Shown piece after piece: positions 1 through 9,703 of a stretch of 64,000 nucleotides of DNA. The position numbers were made by a program, and so were the translations under genes. The stretch is from an uncultured Gemmatimonadales bacterium (lineage in GTDB: Bacteria > Gemmatimonadota > Gemmatimonadetes > Gemmatimonadales > GWC2-71-9): the NCBI GenBank assembly GCA_963729985.1, contig CAVSPJ010000002.1, positions 773,017 to 837,016 of the forward strand, in the 5' to 3' direction. The notes under the pieces were generated by a model, which saw only the letters and a program-made list of their open reading frames with translations, did no database searches and was not told the origin of the DNA. Position 1 is the stretch's first letter, and each line of letters begins with the position of its first letter.

Positions 1-24
1 TCACCTTCCCGACAGAGGCACCGA

Positions 25-1416
25 ATGACGCGCAGGACTTTGGCCGGTGCGCTCGGCGCGGTCGCCACGTTGTGGCTCGCCGGCTGTAGCGACAGCACCA
101 CGGCCCCTGAATCCGAGATGACGGCGAGCACTCCCGAGACCGCCGCCGCGACAGCGGAAGTGGCGGCGTTGGCGGCGGAGGTTCGCCAACTCGCCGCCGG
201 CGCCGGCATCACCGCCTTGCAGCGTCCGGCGCCGGTGCGGCCCGCGCTCTCCTTGCTGGGCCAGGCGCTGGCGTTCGACAAGGTCCTGAGCGGCAACCGC
301 GATATCTCGTGCATGACCTGCCACCTGGCGGGTACCGCGACCGTGGACGGCCGCAGCACCTCCATCGGGCAGGGAGCGACCGGCCTCGGCGCCGCACGGG
401 TGCATCCGCAGGGTCGGTTCGTTCACCGCAATGCGCCGCCGCTCTTCAACCTCCACGCGATGTCGGTGCTGACCTGGGACGGCCGGGTGTTCGTGGACGG
501 CTCGGGGATCATCCGCACGCCGGGGGCACCGCTCAACACCGCCCAAAGAGCGACACTCGAGTTCGGCACGCTCTCGGCACTGCCCATGTTCCCGACGCTG
601 TCCCGGTCGGAAATGCGCGGCGAATCCGGGAACGAGCTGGCCGCGGTGCCCGACGACAAGCCGCAGCGGACCTGGAAATTCCTGATGCAGCGCCTCGGCG
701 CGATTCCCGAGTACCGCGCCATGTTCGAGTCCGCGTATCCGGGCCAGAGCTTCGACAACATGAATTTCGCGCACGCCGGCAACGCGATGGGAGGGTGGAT
801 CGCGGCGGTGTTCGCCTTCAACAACACGCCCTGGGACCGATTCCTGGCCGGGAACGACGACGCGTTGACCGAGGTCCAGCTGCGCGGCGCGAGAGCCTTT
901 CTCACCACCGCCAGGTGTGCCCAGTGCCACAACGGGCCGCAGTTCAGCGACCAGAAGTTCCACAACGTGGCGGTGCCCCAGGTGGGACCGGGATTCGGAA
1001 ACGGAGCCGACGGACATGATGATTTCGGTCGCATGCGGAAGACGGGGAACCCGGTGCACCGATACGCGTTCCGGACGCCGCCGCTGCGGAACGTGGAGCT
1101 GACCGCTCCCTACGGCCATGACGGGGCGATGGTCAGCCTCAGAAGCTGGGTGGATCACTACAGTCAGTCGGACGTCAAGCTTCGGGCCTACGATCCCAAC
1201 CAGCTCGAGCCACTGTTTCGCAGTACGCTGCAGCCGACGGTGGATGCCATCCTGGCGACGCGGGACAGCCGGGTCAAGAAGCTGGTGATCGCGCCGGAGA
1301 CGGTGGACGAGATCACCGAGTTCCTCAAGTCGCTCACCGACCCCGGCGCGCGGGACCTGCGGCGCTTCGTGCCAGCCACCGTGCCCAGTGGATTGCCGGT
1401 AGACGGCATGCCGTAA
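25..1416 (+). CDS. Di-heme cytochrome c peroxidase (bCcP/MauG superfamily), lipoprotein
   Basis: Two heme motifs CMTCH and CAQCH; RNAPPLFN and FRTPPLRNVELTAPYGHDG family signatures; lipobox LAGC. Confidence 0.9.
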   Translation: MTRRTLAGALGAVATLWLAGCSDSTTAPESEMTASTPETAAATAEVAALAAEVRQLAAGAGITALQRPAPVRPALSLLGQALAFDKVLSGNRDISCMTCHLAGTATVDGRSTSIGQGATGLGAARVHPQGRFVHRNAPPLFNLHAMSVLTWDGRVFVDGSGIIRTPGAPLNTAQRATLEFGTLSALPMFPTLSRSEMRGESGNELAAVPDDKPQRTWKFLMQRLGAIPEYRAMFESAYPGQSFDNMNFAHAGNAMGGWIAAVFAFNNTPWDRFLAGNDDALTEVQLRGARAFLTTARCAQCHNGPQFSDQKFHNVAVPQVGPGFGNGADGHDDFGRMRKTGNPVHRYAFRTPPLRNVELTAPYGHDGAMVSLRSWVDHYSQSDVKLRAYDPNQLEPLFRSTLQPTVDAILATRDSRVKKLVIAPETVDEITEFLKSLTDPGARDLRRFVPATVPSGLPVDGMP

Positions 1417-1602
1417 GCGCGTCCTCGTCCCGAAGGCGCCGCGGATGCCGCCGCCGTGCGCAGGCCAATTCCGCCGGGAATCGCTAGGTTGACCGGATGG
1501 ACCACCACGTCACTCCCGCCCGGCAGCAAGGATTCGTGCGGGGAGGCCCGCCGGCCCCGCGCCTGAGGGCCCCCGAACCCGGGGAGCCGAGGCCGGCCAC
1601 CG

Positions 1603-2109
1603 ATGGGTGATCTGGCCGGGGTCCTGCTCCTCATCACCGCCTGCCTGGCCGGACTCGTGCTCATTCCCTTCGGGCTGCCGGGCCTCTGGGTGATGATCCT
1701 CGGCATCGTGGGCTACGGCTGGCTCACCGACTTCCGGACCGTGACCGTCGGGCTCCTGGCGCTCGTCATCGCGCTCGCCGTGGTGGGCGAGGTGATCGAA
1801 GCCTGGCTCGGGTTCCATTTCGCCAAGCGCTATGGTGGCTCGAGCCGGGCCGGCTGGGGCGCGCTTCTCGGCGGCCTGATCGGGGCCGTCGTGGGAGTGC
1901 CGGTGCCGCTCGTGGGGTCAGTCATCGGCGGCTTCGTGGGGGCCTTCGTGGGGGCGGCGGTGTTCGAGTACACTCGCGCGCGACAGACGGGCGCCGCGGC
2001 GGGCGCTGGATGGGGTGCGGTGCTGGGCCGAGCCGCCGCCGCCGCCGCGAAGATGGCGCTGGGCATCGTGATCGCAGTGAGCGCCTTGTTCGCCGCCCTG
2101 CGAGGCTGA
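1603..2109 (+). CDS. DUF456 (YqgC-like) membrane protein
   Basis: Hydrophobic 168 aa; GLPG, AKRYGGSSRAGWGALLGG, GAFVGA motifs. Confidence 0.85.
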   Translation: MGDLAGVLLLITACLAGLVLIPFGLPGLWVMILGIVGYGWLTDFRTVTVGLLALVIALAVVGEVIEAWLGFHFAKRYGGSSRAGWGALLGGLIGAVVGVPVPLVGSVIGGFVGAFVGAAVFEYTRARQTGAAAGAGWGAVLGRAAAAAAKMALGIVIAVSALFAALRG

Positions 2110-2153
2110 ACGCTCACCCGCATGGATAGGCGGATAGTGCCACCCGAGTTGCC

Positions 2154-3044
2154 CTACTTGGGCATCGGCAGCACCGCGAGCTTTCCTCCGCCCATGTCCG
2201 GGATCAGCAGGCTCTTCCCGTCGGGGCTGATGGCGAGATCCGCCGCGGACTCGATCCCGCTCACCTCGATCTCCTGAGGCTTCTCCGAGGGTCGCGCGCC
2301 GGCCCTGGCCAGCAGGAAGACGCGATGCCCCGCGTAGTCGGTGATGATGAGTCGCCCTCGCGCGTCCCGGACCAGTCCATCCGACGCCCCGAACCCCCCG
2401 GCGATTTTCTCCATCGTTCTCGGGGTGGCCCTGAGATCGATCCGGAACAGGTTGCCCGTGGTGTAGTCCACCACCAGCAGCTTGCCGGGGCCATCCATCA
2501 GCAGCCCGTTCGGGCTCACCAGCCGCCAGTCGTCGTTGTCGGTGATCACGGTCGTGATCTTCTTGTCCTGGGTGATTCGGAAGATCGCCCCCCCGCCCCC
2601 CTCCCAGTCCCCGCTGTCCGAGACATAGAGGTTGCCCGCCGAGTCGATCTCGATGTCGTTGAAGTTGGTGATCTTGCGGGGAAAGTCGGTGGCGTCCACG
2701 AAGCGCTCCACCGTGCCCTGGGCGTCGATGCGCCAGACCATCCCCATGTTGTCCGAGACGAAGAGATGGCCGCGCCACCACTTGATGCCGTGGGGATCGT
2801 CCAGGCCGGTGGCGAAGCGCCGCAGCTCGCCGCCCTCGAGAATGCTGATGGACCCATCGTTCGCCTTCTCGTACTCGCCGGTCTCACTGACGTAGACCTT
2901 CCCTCCCGGACCGATGGCGATGGACTCCGGCTGTTTCAATCCGGTGACGATCGTGGCTTCCTGGGCGGCGAGCGGTGCCGGCGAGGCGATTGCGGTGAGG
3001 CCCGCAAGCAAGCCGGCCAGTGTGAGCATCGACTTCGTGGACAT
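2154..3044 (-). CDS. Secreted SMP-30/gluconolactonase-like beta-propeller protein
   Basis: Signal peptide; PESI, FNDIEID.GNLYVSD, PNGL, DGL propeller repeats. Confidence 0.8.
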   Translation of the reverse strand: MSTKSMLTLAGLLAGLTAIASPAPLAAQEATIVTGLKQPESIAIGPGGKVYVSETGEYEKANDGSISILEGGELRRFATGLDDPHGIKWWRGHLFVSDNMGMVWRIDAQGTVERFVDATDFPRKITNFNDIEIDSAGNLYVSDSGDWEGGGGAIFRITQDKKITTVITDNDDWRLVSPNGLLMDGPGKLLVVDYTTGNLFRIDLRATPRTMEKIAGGFGASDGLVRDARGRLIITDYAGHRVFLLARAGARPSEKPQEIEVSGIESAADLAISPDGKSLLIPDMGGGKLAVLPMPK

Positions 3045-3086
3045 TCGGCCCCTCCTGATCCTGCAGGTCGAGTGGGTGGTGCGACG

Positions 3087-4223
3087 CTAGGGCGCCCGGG
3101 TGAACCGCTCGAGTCGGAAGAATTCGATGTCATGCCGGGTTCGGCCGTCCTGAGCCAGGTCGGCCATGATCTCGCCGACCACACTGCAGAACTTGTAGCC
3201 ATGGCCGGAGAATCCGGCGGCCAATGCCACCTCCGGGTGGTCCGGGTGGCGGTCGAGGATGAAGTGGCGGTCCGGGCTGTTGGTGAAGAGACAGGTCTTG
3301 AGCATCATGGCCGGCCCCGCGCCATCCGGGAAGTAACGCCGAGCGAAGGCGCGGAGCAGGTCTTCGTCTTCGGGCTGTGGCTCGCGTCTCACGGCGTCGG
3401 GATCCACGATCTCTCCGAGGTGGTGGTACTTGCCGAACTTGAAGCCGGGGACGTGGAAACTGGGGAAGCCGTAGTAGCGGCCTTCCTCCGCTTCGAGATT
3501 GAAGACCGGAAAGGCGCTCATCTCGAAGTACTCGGGACGCGACGGCAGGAGCCACGCCAGGACCTGGCGCTCCGGCACGGCGAGCCCCTCGAGCGCGGGA
3601 ACCAGCTTCGAGGCCCACGCCCCGGCGCACAGGACGAGCCGGCCCGCTTCGTAGCGGCCGCGGGTGGTGCGCACCCACACGTGGCCGCCCGTCGTGCCCC
3701 ATTCGAGCACCGGCTCGCGACAGCGGGCCTCGGCGCCGTGAGATTGCGCCAACCCAACGTGGGCCACGTTGCAGCGCTCCGGCAGCAGGAACCCGCCTTC
3801 CGGCTGGTAGAGGCAGCGCATGTCCTGGGGGAGGCGATATCCGGGAAAGCGCCGGTGCAGCGCCGCCGCGTCCAGCACCTCGTGCGGCAGGCCGTGCAAC
3901 TCGCTCGACCTCAGGGCACCGCCGAAGACCGAGCCGCCCTCCGGTCCGGCGTCCACGCTCCCGGTGATGTACAACAGCCGCTCGCCCGCGGCCTGCTCCA
4001 GCTCGCGCCACAACCGGTAGGCCTGCCGCAGCAGCGACACGTACGCCGGATGCTCCCAGTATGCCAGCCGGATGATACGGGTGAGCCCATGGGAAGAGCC
4101 GTACTCGTGCACCAGGTCGTAGCGTTCCAACCCCAGCACCCGTAGCCCACGGCGCGCGAGATGAAACAGCGTGGCGCTGCCCATTCCCCCAAGGCCGAGC
4201 ACGATCACGTCGTATGCGGGCAC
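3087..4223 (-). CDS. solA: N-methyl-L-tryptophan oxidase / monomeric sarcosine oxidase family FAD oxidase
   Basis: GTG start at 4223 after a GGAGG RBS; YDVIVLGLGGMGSA dinucleotide fold, GSSHGLTRIIR, CLFTNSPD (covalent-flavin Cys), GFSGHGYKF. Confidence 0.88.
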   Translation of the reverse strand: MPAYDVIVLGLGGMGSATLFHLARRGLRVLGLERYDLVHEYGSSHGLTRIIRLAYWEHPAYVSLLRQAYRLWRELEQAAGERLLYITGSVDAGPEGGSVFGGALRSSELHGLPHEVLDAAALHRRFPGYRLPQDMRCLYQPEGGFLLPERCNVAHVGLAQSHGAEARCREPVLEWGTTGGHVWVRTTRGRYEAGRLVLCAGAWASKLVPALEGLAVPERQVLAWLLPSRPEYFEMSAFPVFNLEAEEGRYYGFPSFHVPGFKFGKYHHLGEIVDPDAVRREPQPEDEDLLRAFARRYFPDGAGPAMMLKTCLFTNSPDRHFILDRHPDHPEVALAAGFSGHGYKFCSVVGEIMADLAQDGRTRHDIEFFRLERFTRAP

Positions 4224-4245
4224 GCCGCCTCCTCGCCTCCATACT

Positions 4246-4260
4246 GATAGCGCGGCTATC
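4246..4260. promoter_or_regulatory. Inverted repeat GATAGC-N3-GCTATC in the divergent solA / PQQ-dehydrogenase intergenic region
   Basis: Perfect 6-bp inverted repeat in a ~120-bp intergenic region; function inferred. Confidence 0.3.
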
Positions 4261-4344
4261 GTGAGGCAAACTCCAACGAGGGAGAACCCTCTTCCGCCGA
4301 ATGGGTGGGTACCCCAAGTTGGGAGGCGTACCAGGGAGGAAATC

Positions 4345-6141
4345 ATGACTCGAGCTCGCTCACCGTCCCGCCGGGCCGTCCCGGCCCTCGCCGCGGTCCT
4401 CGCCGCGGCCCTCTCCGCCCTGCTCGCCGGCGGGGGTGCGGCCCAGGCGCCGGAAGACGGCCAGTGGACGATGCCGGCGAAGGACCAGGCGTCCACCCGC
4501 TACAGCGGCCTGGCGGAGATCACTGCGGCCAACGCCAAGTCGCTGCGTCCGGTCTGGACCTTCTCCACCGGCGTCCTGGCGGGCCACGAAGGGCAGCCTC
4601 TCGTGGTGAAGAACACCATGTACGTCGTCACGCCCTATCCCAACGTGCTGTACGCCTTCGACCTGACCCGGGAGGGATACCCGCTCCGGTGGAAGTACCG
4701 GCCGGACGTGAGCCCGAACGCGATCGGGATCGCCTGCTGTGACGTGGTGAACCGGGGCGCCTTCTACGCCGACGGGAAGATCGTCTACAACCTGTTGGAC
4801 GGCCATACGGTCGCGGTGGACGCGGCGACGGGCCGCGAGCTGTGGAAGACCGCCATCGCCGATCTCTCCCAGGGCGAGACCACGCCCATGGCGCCGTTCG
4901 TGGTCAAGGACCGGGTCATCGTGGGCGCCTCCGGCGGCGAGTTCGGAATCTACGGATGGGTGAAGGGCCTCGACCTGAAGACCGGCAAGGTCGTCTGGAC
5001 CGCGCGCAATCTCGGTCCGGACAGCGCCATGCTGGTGAAGCCGGGCACCTTCAAGCCGCACTACGACAAGGGCACCGAGCTCGGGACCACCAGCTGGCCG
5101 AAGGACGCCTGGAAGACCGGCGGGGCTCCGGTCTGGGGATGGATCTCCTACGATCCGGCACTCGATCTCTTGTATTACGGCGTGGGAAATCCCGCGCCCT
5201 ACAATGCCGAGCAGCGTCCCGGCGACAACAAGTGGTCGTCCAGCGTTCTGGCCCGCCGGCCGGGTGATGGCTCGCTGGTGTGGGGCTACCAGTTCACCCC
5301 GAACGACAACTGGGACTACGACGCGACGTCGGAGATGATCCTGGCGGACCTCATCGTGAATGGCCGGCCCCGGAAGACACTCGTCAACTTCAACAAGAAC
5401 GGCTTCCAGTACACCCTCGACCGCGCCACCGGTGAGGTGCTCCAGGCTCAGCCCTTCGCCGACGTCACCTGGGCCAAGCGGGTGGACCTCGCCAGCGGGC
5501 GTCCGGTGCTCGATTCCACCAAGCTGACCGGGGCCTCGAAGGGCAACGTCAAGGGGATCTGCCCAAGCCTGGAAGGCGCGAAGAGTCCCGCGTCGCCCGC
5601 CGCGTACTCGCCCCGCACCGGGCTGTTCTACGCCTCCACCAACAATCTGTGCATGGATTTCCAGGCTTCCGCCGTGGCGCGGATCGCGGGAACTCCGTTC
5701 ATCGGCGCGGGCAGCCCCTACCAGGCCGGGCCGGCGGGAGACCACCTGGGAGCCTTCATCGCCTGGGATGCGGCGACCGGGAAGCGGGTGTGGGAGGCGA
5801 GAGAGCCGTACCCCGCGTGGAGCGGCGCCCTGGTCACCGGCGGCGACGTGGTGTTCCATGGCACGCTGGACGGATGGTTCAAGGCCTCCGACGCGAAGAC
5901 CGGCAAGATGCTGTGGAAGTTCAAGGTCGGCTCGGGCGTCGTGGGCAACCCCATCACGTATCGCGGCCCGGACGGCAAGCAGTACGTGGCCGTCTACGCC
6001 GGTATCGGCGGCGACTGGTACCTGCTGTCGGGAGACGTCCGGTCGGACGACCCGGCGGATGTACGGCCCCCGGCGGACTTCATGAAGGACATCGGACGCC
6101 ATACCAGCCAGGGAGGGATCGTTTGGATCTTCGCCTTGTAA
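4345..6141 (+). CDS. xoxF: PQQ-dependent methanol/ethanol dehydrogenase, XoxF-like, probably lanthanide-dependent
   Basis: ATG 4345 after GGAGGA; signal peptide; WTFSTG..GHEG.PL, vicinal CC (ACCDVVNRG), GGEFG, WGW, GNPAP, WDYD. Confidence 0.8.
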   Translation: MTRARSPSRRAVPALAAVLAAALSALLAGGGAAQAPEDGQWTMPAKDQASTRYSGLAEITAANAKSLRPVWTFSTGVLAGHEGQPLVVKNTMYVVTPYPNVLYAFDLTREGYPLRWKYRPDVSPNAIGIACCDVVNRGAFYADGKIVYNLLDGHTVAVDAATGRELWKTAIADLSQGETTPMAPFVVKDRVIVGASGGEFGIYGWVKGLDLKTGKVVWTARNLGPDSAMLVKPGTFKPHYDKGTELGTTSWPKDAWKTGGAPVWGWISYDPALDLLYYGVGNPAPYNAEQRPGDNKWSSSVLARRPGDGSLVWGYQFTPNDNWDYDATSEMILADLIVNGRPRKTLVNFNKNGFQYTLDRATGEVLQAQPFADVTWAKRVDLASGRPVLDSTKLTGASKGNVKGICPSLEGAKSPASPAAYSPRTGLFYASTNNLCMDFQASAVARIAGTPFIGAGSPYQAGPAGDHLGAFIAWDAATGKRVWEAREPYPAWSGALVTGGDVVFHGTLDGWFKASDAKTGKMLWKFKVGSGVVGNPITYRGPDGKQYVAVYAGIGGDWYLLSGDVRSDDPADVRPPADFMKDIGRHTSQGGIVWIFAL

Positions 6142-6181
6142 CGGGCTCGCGGTTCCGTCCTGAACGCGGTGGGAGGGACTT

Positions 6182-6664
6182 ATGAGTGGATATGGACACC
6201 GACTTGCCGCGGCGCTGCCCCTGCTGGCGTTGGGGGCCGTCTCCTGCGGCGGAAGCGACGAACCGGCACAGCGCCAGACGCAGCAGAACGCTCCTCCCTC
6301 GGTTCGATACGAGTCCCACCTCTCCGCGGGCGGTCTTCCGCCCGCGGGGGCAACGCTCGACAATCCCCACAAGGGAGACGAGAAGAGCGCCGAGGGTGGA
6401 GCCGGCCTGTTCGTTTCGATGAACTGCGACGGGTGCCACGGGGGCGGCGCGGTCGGCTGGGTGGGCCCCAGCCTGGCGGACGGACGGTGGCGCTACGGGG
6501 GCTCGGACGAAGCGATCTATCAGTCGATCTATTACGGGCGTCCCAAGGGGATGCCGGCGTTCGGGGGCGCCCTGCCCTCCGACGCCATCTGGAGGCTGGT
6601 GACCTACCTGCAGTCCCTGCCCGTCCCAGACGCGGTCCCGACGCAGTCGTGGGAGAACCCCTGA
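6182..6664 (+). CDS. Mono-heme cytochrome c (XoxG/cytochrome cL-like), lipoprotein
   Basis: CDGCH; GPSLAD.RW.YG and GRPKGMPAFG; lipobox AVSC; directly downstream of the PQQ dehydrogenase. Confidence 0.85.
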   Translation: MSGYGHRLAAALPLLALGAVSCGGSDEPAQRQTQQNAPPSVRYESHLSAGGLPPAGATLDNPHKGDEKSAEGGAGLFVSMNCDGCHGGGAVGWVGPSLADGRWRYGGSDEAIYQSIYYGRPKGMPAFGGALPSDAIWRLVTYLQSLPVPDAVPTQSWENP

Positions 6665-6671
6665 TCGCGGC

Positions 6672-7490
6672 TCAGCACGGCCCTCCACCGCTCGAGCCTT
6701 TGGTCGTATCGGCGGGAACCGGAGTCGGGGAATCCGCCGGCCAGCTCTCGCTGGCGGCGTGCGCCGCCTCCGCCAGCAGGCGAACCTGGGCGGCGGTGAG
6801 CCCGACCGCGGGCAGGTTCCTGAGCGACTCCACCGGAATGTCCCGCACATCCCGCCCGAACAAACGATCGTAGAGGGTCAGCGCCGACAGCAGCGTGCCT
6901 CCCGGCGCCGGGTGATAGCCGTCCGAACCGTACAACGGCGCGGAGGGATCGGCGCCGAGCGCCTGTTTCCAGGCGATCCCGATCGGCGCGACCACGCCGC
7001 CGACGGCCCGGGATGCCAGACTCGCCGACTCCGCGGCGGCATCGAGTGACTGCGGGTACTGTTTGCGGTTCCAGGGCAGGAACAGCACCGCCCTGGCGTG
7101 GACGTGGCGGATGGCGGGCGCGAGACGCATCGCGGCGATGACCAGGGTGTCCCGGCAAATCCCCGCCGGCGTGGGGCCCTGCTGCAGCACCACGAAGGCC
7201 CATCCGCCACGGCCGATCTGCGCCACGGCGTCGGTCGCGCCGTTGGTGTGGTCGATGACGGCGAGGTTGGGCCCTGCCACCATGCCGACCCGGACGCTGT
7301 CGCCCGCGGCCCTGGCTACACTCGCCACCATCGCCGGCAGATCGTTGACGTAGGTCAGGCTGTTGCCGATGAAGAGAAGGGAGCGACCCGAGTCGCCCTC
7401 CGCCGCCGTCACGGACGAACAGGCCAACCCGGCCAGGACCGCCGCCGACCCGAGGGTCGAGGCAAGCACACGACTGCGGCGAATGGCCAT
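6672..7490 (-). CDS. SGNH/GDSL-like hydrolase lipoprotein
   Basis: ATG 7490; lipobox GLAC; FIGNSLT block I and DGYHP block V. Confidence 0.75.
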   Translation of the reverse strand: MAIRRSRVLASTLGSAAVLAGLACSSVTAAEGDSGRSLLFIGNSLTYVNDLPAMVASVARAAGDSVRVGMVAGPNLAVIDHTNGATDAVAQIGRGGWAFVVLQQGPTPAGICRDTLVIAAMRLAPAIRHVHARAVLFLPWNRKQYPQSLDAAAESASLASRAVGGVVAPIGIAWKQALGADPSAPLYGSDGYHPAPGGTLLSALTLYDRLFGRDVRDIPVESLRNLPAVGLTAAQVRLLAEAAHAASESWPADSPTPVPADTTKGSSGGGPC

Positions 7491-7601
7491 CTCGGCTCCC
7501 CGGGTTGTGGTCTCCTCCTGTGACGTCGGCCCTCTCAGCCGCAGCACACCACACCCTTGTCGGCCTTGCGCACCCACCGGGAGATGGCGATCCTGACCGT
7601 C

Positions 7602-8381
7602 ATGCCATCGTATCCCGAATACCTGAAGATCGACGAGCTGCTCGAGCTGCAGCGGCCCTTGTCCGAGGGCCCCGAGCACGACGAGATGCTGTTCATCGTG
7701 ATCCATCAGGTCTACGAGCTCTGGTTCAAGCAGGTGCTGCACGAGCTGGATTATCTCGAGCGGCTGCTCGCGCGGAACGACGGCCCTCGCGCAGGGCATA
7801 CGCTGAAGCGGATCCTGACCATCCTCAAGGTGATGGTCGCCCAGCTCGACATCCTCGAAACCATGACCCCGCTCGAGTTCCTGTCGTTCCGCGACCGGCT
7901 CGAGTCGGGGAGCGGCTTTCAGTCCCACCAGTTCCGCGAGCTCGAGTTCGCCCTGGGCCTGAAGGACCCGAAAGTGCTGGAGCGCTACCCGGGTGGAAGC
8001 GAGGCTCGCCGCCGGCTGGAGCGCCGACTTGCGGCCGACACGCTCTGGGATGCCTTCCTCCATCATTTGGCCGCGAACGGCATCGCCGTGCCTAAGGCCG
8101 ATCTGGAGCGCGATGTCACCCGGCAGGTGGAGCCCTCACCGAAGCTGCGGCGCGCGCTGGTCGAGGTCTATCGCGGCCACCCCATTCTGGCCGATCTGTG
8201 CGAGCGGATGGTGGATCTCGACGAAGGCCTGATGGAATGGCGCTACCGCCACGTGAAGATGGTACAGCGCACCATCGGGACCCGGCACGGCACCGGTGGC
8301 AGCATGGGGGCGGAGTACCTCATGTCCACGCTCAACCGGCCGCTGTTCCCCGATCTTTGGGCCATTCGAACCGAGTTGTAG
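7602..8381 (+). CDS. kynA: Tryptophan 2,3-dioxygenase
   Basis: HDEMLFIVIHQVYELWFK, SGFQS.QFRELEF, WRYRHVKMVQRTIG..GTGGS; alternative start 7584. Confidence 0.95.
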   Translation: MPSYPEYLKIDELLELQRPLSEGPEHDEMLFIVIHQVYELWFKQVLHELDYLERLLARNDGPRAGHTLKRILTILKVMVAQLDILETMTPLEFLSFRDRLESGSGFQSHQFRELEFALGLKDPKVLERYPGGSEARRRLERRLAADTLWDAFLHHLAANGIAVPKADLERDVTRQVEPSPKLRRALVEVYRGHPILADLCERMVDLDEGLMEWRYRHVKMVQRTIGTRHGTGGSMGAEYLMSTLNRPLFPDLWAIRTEL

Positions 8382-8382
8382 G

Positions 8383-9579
8383 ATGGACCCCGCCTCGCTC
8401 TACCATGCTCCCAACGCCCTCGCGCCACACTATTCCCGCTTCCGCGTGGCGGAACGTCTGCTGCTCACGGGGCATTCCCACCAGGCATGGCCCGACCGCG
8501 GCTTCGAGGCACAGGCGGCGGCCTGGCTAGACGCGGCGCAGTACGTGGACGACAAGTGGGAGCACGCGTTCGCGCGGGCCGAGCGGGTGCGCGAGGGGTT
8601 CGCCGGACTCCTGGGAGACGTAGGGGGCGGCATCGCCCTGGCTCCGAACACGCACGAGCTGCTGGTGCGCCTGCTCTCCGCCCTGCCCCTTCGCGCCCGC
8701 CCGCGGCTGGTCACCACCGATGGCGAGTTCCACACCATCCGGCGGCAGCTCGACCGCCTCGCCGAGGAGGGACTCGAGGTCGTCCGGGTCGCCGAGGCGC
8801 CGCTCGAGTCGCTGGCGGCGCGGCTCGGGCGCGCCGTGGATGATCGCACCGCGATGGTCCTGGTCTCGGCGGTCTTCTTCGACACCGGCCGCATCGCCCG
8901 CGGGCTCGGTGAGGTGGCCGTGAGCTGCCGGCGCCACGGCGCCGCCCTCCTGCTCGATGTCTACCACGCCCTCAACGTGGTGCCCGTCTCGCTCGCCGAC
9001 GCCGGGCTGGGCGACGCCTTCGTGGTCGGCGGCGGGTACAAGTACTGCCAGCTGGGCGAGGGGAACTGCTTCCTCCGCCTTCCCCCCGACACCGACCTCC
9101 GGCCGGTCGTGACCGGCTGGTACAGCGAGTTCACCGCCCTGGCGGACCGGCAGCAGCCGGGGCGCGTGGCCTATGGAGAAGGAGGCGACCGGTTCGCGGG
9201 CGCGACCTACGATCCCGCCAGCCATTACCGGGCGGCGGCGGTGTTCGATTTCTTCCGGGAGCGGCAGCTGACGCCGGAGCTGCTGCGCGAAGTGAGCCGG
9301 CATCAGATCGGCGTGCTGGCGGCGGCGTTCGATGCGCTCGACCTCGACCCGACGGTCCTGGGCCGCGACCGGGACGCACCGCTGAGCGAGATCGGCGGGT
9401 TCCTGGCGCTCCGCTCGCCCCGCGCGACCTCGCTGGCTCGGGCGCTCCACGCACGGGGCGTCCTGACCGATGCGCGCGGGGAAGCGCTCCGGCTGGGCCC
9501 CGCGCCCTACCTCTCCGACCGGCAGCTGCATGATGCGATCGGGCTCCTGGGAGAGACGGCGCGGGAGAGCGCCCGCTGA
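8383..9579 (+). CDS. kynU: Kynureninase-like PLP enzyme (class V fold)
   Basis: Starts 1 nt after the kynA stop; LDVYH, GGGYKY (PLP Lys), GWYS, D.R...LRLGPAP. Confidence 0.8.
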   Translation: MDPASLYHAPNALAPHYSRFRVAERLLLTGHSHQAWPDRGFEAQAAAWLDAAQYVDDKWEHAFARAERVREGFAGLLGDVGGGIALAPNTHELLVRLLSALPLRARPRLVTTDGEFHTIRRQLDRLAEEGLEVVRVAEAPLESLAARLGRAVDDRTAMVLVSAVFFDTGRIARGLGEVAVSCRRHGAALLLDVYHALNVVPVSLADAGLGDAFVVGGGYKYCQLGEGNCFLRLPPDTDLRPVVTGWYSEFTALADRQQPGRVAYGEGGDRFAGATYDPASHYRAAAVFDFFRERQLTPELLREVSRHQIGVLAAAFDALDLDPTVLGRDRDAPLSEIGGFLALRSPRATSLARALHARGVLTDARGEALRLGPAPYLSDRQLHDAIGLLGETARESAR

Positions 9580-9703
9580 CCGGCGTCGCGAACCGGTGGG
9601 AGGGAGGGAATTCAAGCGCAAGAATCAGAGTGCGGAGGGGGGCGGGCACCGGTAGACTTATCCTCGTGAACGACCCCCGTCGGACGTACGAGGAGATAGC
9701 GAA

